Part shown: positions 15,606 through 22,237 of the stretch, in pieces
Position numbering within the stretch: the first letter of the stretch is position 1
Layout: the number at the start of each line of letters is the position of its first letter
From: a virus
Reading direction: 5' to 3' (one strand)
DNA: 49,491 nt
IMG/VR virus record: IMGVR_UViG_3300005323_000007
Position numbers and translations under genes: made by a program
The notes under the pieces: model-generated
Database searches by the model: none
Told to the model about the DNA's origin: nothing
What the model saw: only the letters and a program-made list of their open reading frames with translations

Positions 15606-16145
15606 TCAGTGTTTATCAACGTTTGCAGTACTTTGCTCTTGTATGTCATCGTCTGGCAATATCTGCACTTCCACGTCAGTCGCGGGGCCTTTTGGTATCA
15701 CCGAGGCCTGTCGCGCGCGTATGGCGTCGCGCTTTTTAAGCGCATCCTCAAGCTCTTCCCGAAGCGCCTCGTCAGTCATCCCGGCAAGATCATGATCAGG
15801 CGCTTTCATGTCGATAAAAAGTTTTGTGCCTTCCGTGGCTTTGCGCATCTCTGTGAGCATCGCCCGCGCGGTGGCGTCCGACCTGGTAATCATTTTGGTC
15901 ATCACTCGGTTGACAAGTTGACGCCCAGTGAGTTTTTGTTCCTTTTTATCGAGCGTTACCTTATGTTCCGTAATTAACCATTCTGCATAGATTTGCGACA
16001 TCGCAATTTTCTTGCGGCGCGACTCAATTGATTTTTTGGCCCCCTCGATACCTATTTTGCGTGCCTCCTCCGTGGTGAGACGCCGCAAATTGCCGCCATT
16101 TGAGAGTATAATTTTGCCGTTACCATCCTCTGCCATATTTGTCAT
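15606..16145 (-). CDS. Possible terminase small subunit / DNA-binding protein
   Basis: 179 aa. The N-terminal segment GGNLRRLTTEEARKIGIEGAKKS is common in phage small terminases and DNA-binding proteins. It is the first gene of the late arm, but a terminator separates it from terL. Confidence 0.3.
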   Translation of the reverse strand: MTNMAEDGNGKIILSNGGNLRRLTTEEARKIGIEGAKKSIESRRKKIAMSQIYAEWLITEHKVTLDKKEQKLTGRQLVNRVMTKMITRSDATARAMLTEMRKATEGTKLFIDMKAPDHDLAGMTDEALREELEDALKKRDAIRARQASVIPKGPATDVEVQILPDDDIQEQSTANVDKH

Positions 16146-16495
16146 AATGGCACTATCCGAGCCCTAAAGACAAGCCCCCAAGCGGCAAGCCTCCCTATAT
16201 GCGGTTCTGAGTATTCTGATATTTATTCATTCTATTATGTATATTTACTACATTATTATAATTCATTACATTAAAAGTAATTAAAAACATATTAAATATT
16301 ACGACTCCTTAATATAGTGAGAATATCTATACCCTATATAGACTTCTTGACTGGTGATATTTCAATAATTTCGGGTGACGAAAACGGCCAAAAAGGATAT
16401 AACCTATATTTTTTTTATTATTATTAACTTCCAAAAAATTTTCTCTGGCCATTTTTTCTCATTTTGGGAACTTTACCTTTTAATGTTTTACTATC

Positions 16496-16569
16496 TATAT
16501 ATATATTATATTTATTTATAATATAATAATATAATATAATAATATAAAAAGATATATATTTAATAAATA
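16496..16569. repeat. A/T-only low-complexity tract ((ATAAT/ATA)n)
   Basis: 74 nt with a single G, inside the 590-nt divergent intergenic region. Confidence 0.8.
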
Positions 16570-16673
16570 GTGTAGATAAAAAAAAATATGATGGGAAACG
16601 ATGTGACACTCACCCCGTGCCTGATGGGTATATGTAGTACACAAAGGTGCAAGGGGTAAATACCACAAACCTA

Positions 16674-16703
16674 TTGACGATATACGGGGAGACGTGGTAA
16701 ACT
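16674..16703 (+). promoter_or_regulatory. Sigma70-like promoter candidate for the early arm
   Basis: TTGACG, an 18-nt spacer, then TAAACT, about 35 nt upstream of ATG 16738. Confidence 0.35.
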
Positions 16704-16737
16704 GAAAAAATAGAATTGTATAAAAGGAGTATAAAGC

Positions 16738-17304
16738 ATGGCGAAAAAAATTTGTGCGTCGAAATGGGAAGCGATAACATGGGCGGGGGAATGCCCGATC
16801 GCGTGGGAAAGAATGGGAATGTTTGTGGGGATGGATGAAAATGGGAACGTCATGGCACAAATGGCATGGAAGCCCCGGCACGACACAAAAGTGTATTTAC
16901 AGCGGGCGCCTATCGCGTGGTCAAGCTCGGAAACCGTCAGACAGCGCCTGGGGCTCGATCCTCCAGGGATAGGGTCGCGGTGCCGGAAAGGCGGATCGAC
17001 AACCACCGAGCGCAAAGCCGAGGCGGCGCGTGCGAACGGTCTGAAGGGCGGTACACGCCTCTCCTGCGCGCCGGTGCCGGAAGGCGAAAAGATGAACCGA
17101 CAGGTGATCTATTTGACGACAAGCGCGTTGCAGATGCTTCGCTCACACGGTCAGGGAAAAATGTCGGCATATGTCGAAAAATTGATACGCGACGATAACA
17201 CCGCCGTAAAAAAATGGGAAAACACGCAGGCGATCATGAAAATGAAAATGCCCGCGATGAACGGCGATGCCGTCATCGTCGAGACAGGGGAGAGCGCAAC
17301 ATGA
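16738..17304 (+). CDS. Early protein with a ribbon-helix-helix-like C-terminal region
   Basis: RBS AAGGAG. RQVIYLTTSALQMLRSHGQGKMSAYVEKLI looks like an RHH. It shares the W..ETVRxRLGLD motif with the next gene. Confidence 0.5.
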   Translation: MAKKICASKWEAITWAGECPIAWERMGMFVGMDENGNVMAQMAWKPRHDTKVYLQRAPIAWSSSETVRQRLGLDPPGIGSRCRKGGSTTTERKAEAARANGLKGGTRLSCAPVPEGEKMNRQVIYLTTSALQMLRSHGQGKMSAYVEKLIRDDNTAVKKWENTQAIMKMKMPAMNGDAVIVETGESAT

Positions 17305-17639
17305 TGATGAAAAAAGAGTGGGACGAGTACCGCGCAAAAGACGAGGCGACACCGCGAAAAAAAGTCGTCAAAAACGTCGAAGAAGCGGAATGGTTCTGCA
17401 AGGGCGGAAACTGGAAAAGCACCAAGGTGGCCATATTTGTACAGAGCTATAACCACGCCTCCGCCTGTATCCGGCGTGGAGGGCAGAGCCGCGTCATCCA
17501 GGTGTCGGCTGATACGATGCGCTGGTCGCCGATGGAAACCGTGCGCGAACGCTTAGGCCTCGATCTGATCCAGGGCCTTTATCATACCGAGGAGGAGGCC
17601 CGCGCCGCTGGATGGGATGGCCCCATGACCAAGGGATAG
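17301..17639 (+). CDS. Hypothetical early protein (paralogous motif WSPMETVRERLGLD)
   Basis: ATGA overlap with the upstream stop. Start trimmed to 17301. Confidence 0.5.
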   Translation: MMMKKEWDEYRAKDEATPRKKVVKNVEEAEWFCKGGNWKSTKVAIFVQSYNHASACIRRGGQSRVIQVSADTMRWSPMETVRERLGLDLIQGLYHTEEEARAAGWDGPMTKG

Positions 17640-17694
17640 TAAACGCTTGTGTAGTAGTTATGATGATAAATCGTAAAAATAATAATTATAATCA

Positions 17695-17723
17695 TTGACA
17701 TAATGTCATAACGGGTGTATATT
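17695..17723 (+). promoter_or_regulatory. Near-consensus sigma70 promoter with a palindrome over the -35 element
   Basis: TTGACA, a 17-nt spacer, then TATATT. The -35 element is part of TTGACATAATGTCA. Confidence 0.55.
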
Positions 17724-17756
17724 GATAATAGAGAGATTGAGAGAGGAGATAAAGAG

Positions 17757-17960
17757 ATGACAGCACTAGAGCAGATACAGAGCACACTTCACCGCGATGG
17801 TATGGTGACGGTATCTACTCACCTGAGATGTACACAGTATCTAGGTGCAAAATATGAGCACTGGTTTAGCGATGATGCGCGCGGCGATCTGTATGTACAG
17901 TCTGGAGCCAAACGCGTCTGTATATCGTTTTGTCAGATTAAGTTGTATCAAAAGCGGTAG
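17757..17960 (+). CDS. Hypothetical protein
   Basis: Start trimmed to MTALEQ, preceded by GAGAGGAG. Confidence 0.45.
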   Translation: MTALEQIQSTLHRDGMVTVSTHLRCTQYLGAKYEHWFSDDARGDLYVQSGAKRVCISFCQIKLYQKR

Positions 17961-18033
17961 AGAGCGCGGGCGACGCAGGGCGCGTTAAACCGGAGGCCGA
18001 GTCCAAACCCTCGGCAGGTATGGAGGTAGAGAG

Positions 18034-18270
18034 ATGAAATTGGCGATTGGAGTAAAAACGGTCGATTTGGGTGGTGGTGAGTATTTGCATTTTTGGTATG
18101 CAAATAACGCAGGTAGGGGGTGCAGTAACTGCACAATAATCAGATCCAGAAGCCCTGCCCGTGCAATTTGTGCAAAAAAACAGGCAGATGTCATCTCACA
18201 GGTGAAAACGAGTGCATGGAAGGGCCACGTAAATTTCAGCCAGCCGACAAAAACCGCACTTGGCCTATAG
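18034..18270 (+). CDS. Hypothetical protein (uncertain; the region is also hairpin-rich)
   Basis: 78-aa ORF with GGAGG 8 nt upstream of the ATG. No recognisable motifs. Confidence 0.35.
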   Translation: MKLAIGVKTVDLGGGEYLHFWYANNAGRGCSNCTIIRSRSPARAICAKKQADVISQVKTSAWKGHVNFSQPTKTALGL

Positions 18271-18299
18271 CTAAGGCGATGGGGCCCGCGCAAGCGGGC

Positions 18300-18355
18300 T
18301 CTGGTCTGGCGCTCGATCGCGCCACTGATGAGACCCCGCGAGGGTCGAAACCAGA
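18300..18355 (+). ncRNA. Type III hammerhead ribozyme
   Basis: Reads UCUGGU-C|UGGCGC-UCGAUC-GCGCCA-CUGAUGA-GACCC-CGCGA-GGGUC-GAA-ACCAGA. The full invariant core and GUC cleavage triplet are present. Stems I, II and III are 6, 5 and 6 bp, with stem III open-ended. Confidence 0.85.
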
Positions 18356-18385
18356 AGAGAACTTCAGAAAAATGGAGGTCGTAAG

Positions 18386-18628
18386 ATGAAACGCAGATTT
18401 ATGGCATGGTGCCGTGGAAGTTGTAATAGTTTAAGAGTTACGCGCTCGGCAAGCGACGCGGTTGATGCTGGCGTTGAGGATATTGATTTTGGTATCAACC
18501 TGATGATGTCGGGCGATTCCGTCGCGGTATATCTCAACTCCGGGCGGAAAGGCGACCTGAATCATCTGCTATTGGGCGAGTATTCCCGCGCCGATCTTGT
18601 AAGGATGACGGCGGAGGCCAGAAGATGA
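18386..18628 (+). CDS. Hypothetical protein
   Basis: 80-aa ORF with GGAGG 7 nt upstream. It is the first cistron downstream of the hammerhead. Confidence 0.5.
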   Translation: MKRRFMAWCRGSCNSLRVTRSASDAVDAGVEDIDFGINLMMSGDSVAVYLNSGRKGDLNHLLLGEYSRADLVRMTAEARR

Positions 18629-18664
18629 GATTCGCTACAGCAAGCCAACAATTGGTATGCATAA

Positions 18665-18710
18665 GGCGCGAGCGGTGGTTCTTGTGGCGGTTCAACCCCG
18701 CCACGCGCCA
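18665..18710 (+). ncRNA. tRNA-like acceptor/T-arm minihelix
   Basis: GGCGCG...CGCGCC stem stacked on (G)UGGCGG-UUCAACC-CCGCCA(C), with a T-loop-like UUCAACC, then an unpaired A. Only 14 nt occupy the place of the D and anticodon arms. Confidence 0.5.
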
Positions 18711-18745
18711 GCTTCAGAAAATTTGATATTGCAAGGGAGGTTGAA

Positions 18746-18964
18746 ATGAAAAAGGCAGAACGCGACTCGTTCGCTCGGGCTCTTATGGAAAACGCAATTA
18801 AAGGCATTTGTCGGGGGCTGGAAAATGCCCCTGAAACATGGGATGGTGTAGAAATACGTCAATACTGCATGGATTATGTAAAAAACAATGTTGTTTTCTG
18901 CAAAATGCCAAAAAGTAGGAAGGCCGCATATAATAATACTATTTTAATCAATAATCTTTTATAA
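18746..18964 (+). CDS. Hypothetical protein
   Basis: 72-aa ORF with RBS GGGAGG. Confidence 0.5.
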   Translation: MKKAERDSFARALMENAIKGICRGLENAPETWDGVEIRQYCMDYVKNNVVFCKMPKSRKAAYNNTILINNLL

Positions 18965-18975
18965 GAAGGTAAATC

Positions 18976-19179
18976 ATGATTGATTCTTTGATCGCGTGTT
19001 TCAAAAAGGAAATGACGGTTGCCAAGGCGATTCGCACCACGGCAAAGGAAAAGGGCGAGTGGCCGAGCGCCCGGGATGTGCTTCAGGCGCAAAAAGCATT
19101 GAAGAAAGATGATGACGAAGAGGACGACGAGGACAGTGAAGGTCAGCGGATGATCGACCGAGAAATAGCGAGTTACTGA
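18976..19179 (+). CDS. Hypothetical protein with an acidic tract
   Basis: 67-aa ORF with RBS GAAGG. Contains a DDDEEDDEDSE tract. Confidence 0.45.
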   Translation: MIDSLIACFKKEMTVAKAIRTTAKEKGEWPSARDVLQAQKALKKDDDEEDDEDSEGQRMIDREIASY

Positions 19180-19224
19180 AATGGGGCGTTGCCTTAGTGG
19201 AATATCAGTCGTGGATGTATGACA

Positions 19225-19344
19225 ATGAAGTTGAAAGACAAGCGCACGAAAGCGCAGGCTGAGAAAGCGATCAAGAGGGCGATCCGCAAATTCGGCGACC
19301 GCGACGGTTCACTCAAGAAAAAGCTGAAGGAGGTTGAGGGATGA
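19225..19344 (+). CDS. Small basic ORF (39 aa), below the track threshold
   Basis: Hand translation gives MKLKDKRTKAQAEKAIKRAIRKFGDRDGSLKKKLKEVEG. It has an ATGA overlap with the next gene. Confidence 0.3.
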   Translation: MKLKDKRTKAQAEKAIKRAIRKFGDRDGSLKKKLKEVEG

Positions 19345-19610
19345 ATCTCAATGAGTATCTTGCAACGATTCTACAGTGGCCTGGTCTCACAAAAGAAGAG
19401 GCGGCTGAGGCTCAAGCAAAAATCAAAAGACTTTATCAGGGCCGGAATCTAAAAAACAGAAAAGTGTATTTTACCTATCCTTTTGAAGAAAATAGGCCAA
19501 ATTTATCGCGACTTTTTATTTTTGCTCAAACAAAAGAAGGACATTCATATTGGTATCATCTTTATGAGGCGGAATGCGAATTTTATAGATTAAAGGAGGT
19601 ATCTGGATGA
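19341..19610 (+). CDS. Hypothetical protein
   Basis: 89-aa ORF with RBS GGAGG. Confidence 0.5.
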   Translation: MNLNEYLATILQWPGLTKEEAAEAQAKIKRLYQGRNLKNRKVYFTYPFEENRPNLSRLFIFAQTKEGHSYWYHLYEAECEFYRLKEVSG

Positions 19611-19660
19611 AATAATCGGTCGATTCAAGATTTTGAAAGGGTCGCGCTGAGGCGCGACCC

Positions 19661-19711
19661 CGGTCGTGGCGTGATGCTCGCCGCCTGAATGAGTCCAGCA
19701 GGACGAAACCG
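19661..19711 (+). ncRNA. Hammerhead-like (type III topology) element with a 1-nt core insertion
   Basis: Reads CGGU-C|GUGGCG-UGAUGCU-CGCCGC-CUGAAUGA-GUCC-AGCA-GGAC-GAA-ACCG. The layout matches 18300..18355, but the core is CUGAAUGA rather than CUGAUGA and stem III is only 4 bp. Confidence 0.5.
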
Positions 19712-19730
19712 AAAAATGGGAGGATAAGGA

Positions 19731-19961
19731 ATGACGAATATCCCCACCTCAGTTCATTCGCTCTCGCAACCGGTGCGAAGGTACGATATTCAGGTATCGT
19801 TCTATGGTCGAAGGCCCGTCGCGGAATTCGAAGATATCAAAGCGAATTGTGCGGAGGATGCGAGAGCATGGGCACGGAAAATCTGTGAAGAATATTACTC
19901 ATACCCTATCAAAAACATTATGGCAATCGAAGTCAAAACGATAAGGAGAATGCCATGCTAG
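19731..19961 (+). CDS. Hypothetical protein
   Basis: 76-aa ORF with GGGAGG 7 nt upstream. It is the first cistron after the second hammerhead-like element. Confidence 0.5.
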   Translation: MTNIPTSVHSLSQPVRRYDIQVSFYGRRPVAEFEDIKANCAEDARAWARKICEEYYSYPIKNIMAIEVKTIRRMPC

Positions 19962-20053
19962 ACGATGATGATGACGATGATCCAGAGCCGCAGCCTGAGT
20001 TACACGACGAAACGTACTATAATATTCTGTACGGCGTTAGTAGGAGCGATTGA
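19955..20053 (+). CDS. Small acidic ORF (32 aa), below the track threshold
   Basis: Begins MLDDDDDDDPEPQPELHDETYYNILYGVSRSD. RBS AAGGAG. Its stop abuts the next ATG (tgaATG). Confidence 0.3.
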   Translation: MLDDDDDDDPEPQPELHDETYYNILYGVSRSD

Positions 20054-20242
20054 ATGCCAAGCGAACGGATAATCGAAACAAGACAGCACGGCAATGATAC
20101 GCTTGAATGCGTGGTTCCGTCCGGCGGAGATCCTGTGGGGTGTCCGAAATGCTTTTTCTTCGTGGGGCTTGATGGGTATTGCGCCCCTTCTTCTCACGCA
20201 TGTGAGAAATATTTGCGGTCATATTGGAGGTTGAAGAGATGA
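20054..20242 (+). CDS. Hypothetical Cys-rich protein
   Basis: 62-aa ORF with an ATGA overlap onto the clamp gene. Confidence 0.4.
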   Translation: MPSERIIETRQHGNDTLECVVPSGGDPVGCPKCFFFVGLDGYCAPSSHACEKYLRSYWRLKR

Positions 20243-21255
20243 TGTTATCAAAGGAGTTCCTGAAAATCGCGCATAAGATTGCGCCCAGAAAAGATGGTCT
20301 GTCGGTTTTTGAGTACATCGAAAGCGACGGAACGCAACTCAAGGTTTCCAACGGTGCAGAATTTTTAATCTGCAAGCAGCCGATGGAAGAGAAAGGTCTT
20401 TTCAATTTTAAACAGAGCGAAGTTCTGGGGAAACTGTCATCGCCATGGGGTGGTAAATTTGAAAAGGCCTATGAAAAAGAACTTCCCGAAACGCCTCACT
20501 ATGATGATTTGTCTTTCGTCGCGCTCAGTGATCGTCAGAAAAAGAAATTGCTTGAGGCTTCGGGATTCGTTTCGCAGGACGAGACGAGGTTCTTCATGAA
20601 TGGCGTTTATTTCAGTCCTGAAGATAAAATCGTCGCAACGGATGGGCGCATAATGTACGTCGCTTCAGGTTTCGAGGGCCTGTCGTCGAACGTCATCGTC
20701 AGAATGACGCCGGCGCTTCAGGTCATCCTCAGTGAAAAATGTATCGTCGAAATGGAATCAAGGACATTCGATGATGCTACATATGGGACGATATTCTTCA
20801 AATTTGAAATAGGCAATATTCAGTACGTCTACGGGAATCAGATAATCGACGGAAAATTCCCGAACTGGAAAAAGGTTATCCCTGAGACTTACGCAAAACA
20901 GACGGGACTCCCCGACAGGAACGCATGGAAAGAAATTTTCAAGAAAGCGCGTGCGCTCAAGTTGTACTCCGTGTGCTTCAGAAAAATATCTGATGAGCAT
21001 GTAGAAGTTTTTATGGAATCGGAGAATCTTGAGCCTATCGAATCTCTGGGGGTTCTTAAATGGAATTTATGGTGCGATGCCACAGGGAGAATTGAGTTGC
21101 GACTCGCCACGAAGTATTTCGACAAAATTCTTGCCATAGAGGGGATCAATGAAATGGCATATAGCGATTTCAGAAAATGTCTTCGCTTCAACGCAGATGA
21201 CGGGACGTTCGCGCTCGTGATGCCCTGCACGCCGCGTGATACAATAAGGAGATGA
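20239..21255 (+). CDS. dnaN: DNA polymerase III beta sliding clamp-like protein
   Basis: QDETRFFMNGVYF...VATDGRIMYV and DGKFPNWKKVIP match hallmark DnaN motifs. Start trimmed to the ATG at 20239, after GGAGG. Confidence 0.7.
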   Translation: MMLSKEFLKIAHKIAPRKDGLSVFEYIESDGTQLKVSNGAEFLICKQPMEEKGLFNFKQSEVLGKLSSPWGGKFEKAYEKELPETPHYDDLSFVALSDRQKKKLLEASGFVSQDETRFFMNGVYFSPEDKIVATDGRIMYVASGFEGLSSNVIVRMTPALQVILSEKCIVEMESRTFDDATYGTIFFKFEIGNIQYVYGNQIIDGKFPNWKKVIPETYAKQTGLPDRNAWKEIFKKARALKLYSVCFRKISDEHVEVFMESENLEPIESLGVLKWNLWCDATGRIELRLATKYFDKILAIEGINEMAYSDFRKCLRFNADDGTFALVMPCTPRDTIRR

Positions 21256-21258
21256 ACC

Positions 21259-21591
21259 ATGCCAAAACGTTTTATCACTGCTGAAATAATGGCGCAGGAG
21301 CGCGGGCTAGATGTTTCGCTCGTCTCGATGATATGGCAACACCTCGGAATTGCGCCGACCGTTTCCGAACGACAAGCGATGCCTGTCCTTGATGAACTCA
21401 TGCGCAGGGGTATGATACACCACAAAGACCCTTCCATAGATCGATTTAAGAAATACGGCACAAGAGTCAGTATGTCGTTCTCGCTGCCCCTCGATGTCGT
21501 GATGTTCCTCAAGGAGCAGGATGGTTCGGCCTCGGCATATGTGACGGGGCTGATCGTGGAGCAGATGCAGAAGGAGGCAGGAAATGTGTGA
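21259..21591 (+). CDS. Hypothetical protein with an RHH-like C-terminus
   Basis: 110-aa ORF. The C-terminal segment RVSMSFSLPLDVVMFLKEQDGSASAYVTGLIVEQM resembles an RHH. Confidence 0.45.
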   Translation: MPKRFITAEIMAQERGLDVSLVSMIWQHLGIAPTVSERQAMPVLDELMRRGMIHHKDPSIDRFKKYGTRVSMSFSLPLDVVMFLKEQDGSASAYVTGLIVEQMQKEAGNV

Positions 21592-21949
21592 GGAAGATGT
21601 AGGGTTGGTGAAGCAGGCGATCGAGCATTATGACAGGATGATTGCATGGGCAAAAAAGCGACGAAACGAAGAGGATATCCGTTATTCCATGGGAAAATGG
21701 ATAATGTATTCTGATATTGGCGAAAACTGGCGCGGCAATTATTGTCCGCTATGCCAAAAATATGGAGACAAGGATTGCATTGGATGCCCCATCTTTGAGA
21801 AAACCGAATTTACAAATTGCGACAATACACCATGGCAAAAATTAAACTACGCTCTGTTGTGGAGCACATGGCTCAAATATGCCAAGCAGGAGCGCAAATT
21901 TCTGCAATCTTTGTTGAAGGAAGGCAGAGATGCGCCGTCAACTCCGTGA
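21584..21949 (+). CDS. Hypothetical Cys-rich protein
   Basis: 121-aa ORF with RBS GGAGG. Contains a CPLC...CIGC pattern. Confidence 0.45.
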   Translation: MCEEDVGLVKQAIEHYDRMIAWAKKRRNEEDIRYSMGKWIMYSDIGENWRGNYCPLCQKYGDKDCIGCPIFEKTEFTNCDNTPWQKLNYALLWSTWLKYAKQERKFLQSLLKEGRDAPSTP

Positions 21950-22031
21950 ATTTCTATGGGGAACCATTGCGGGTGCCGTCTTCGTTATTCCCGTCATCAT
22001 CGTACTTATCGTCCAGGGAGCGTTCAAATGA
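21930..22031 (+). CDS. Small membrane ORF (33 aa), below the track threshold
   Basis: Reads MRRQLREFLWGTIAGAVFVIPVIIVLIVQGAFK, with one TM segment. RBS GGAAGG, and an ATGA overlap with the next ORF. Confidence 0.35.
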   Translation: MRRQLREFLWGTIAGAVFVIPVIIVLIVQGAFK

Positions 22032-22225
22032 GTCTCAGGCTTGTGGTGCTCATCGTAGTTTATATTCCCTTGTGGCTTCACGTCGTGCCGAATGGTGGAT
22101 ATTTCCACCTTAGCACGAATGCGATTGCAGGAGAAATGTGGATCGAATATGGCAATGAGCGCATAAGCATAAATAGGGAAATCGATATTCCAGCTCACGG
22201 GATGATAACCGTAGGATGTAATTAA
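22028..22225 (+). CDS. Small membrane protein
   Basis: Trimmed to MSLRLVVLIVVYIPLWL, a TM segment. Confidence 0.4.
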   Translation: MSLRLVVLIVVYIPLWLHVVPNGGYFHLSTNAIAGEMWIEYGNERISINREIDIPAHGMITVGCN

Positions 22226-22237
22226 AGGAGGCCCATT

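Noticed and set aside
16496-16569. CRISPR-like or iteron array in the AT-rich tract
   Set aside because: The tract is only short ATA/ATAAT low-complexity units. It has no repeat-spacer periodicity of 25-40 nt and no unique spacers.
17961-18299. The whole 340-nt stretch upstream of the hammerhead as one large non-coding RNA
   Set aside because: It is hairpin-rich (for example GUGCAG-UAA-CUGCAC and UUGCAU-N7-AUGCAA). It also contains a 78-aa ORF with a well-placed GGAGG. I cannot distinguish the two readings by eye, so the ORF is listed at low confidence and no ncRNA is claimed.
20889-21653. 254-aa minus-strand ORF
   Set aside because: It is antisense to the sliding-clamp gene and its neighbour in an otherwise uniformly plus-strand operon. 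It is Ser/Arg-rich with no motifs. Similar shadow ORFs were rejected at 23361..24119, 33380..34018, 3196..3873 and 29475..30023.
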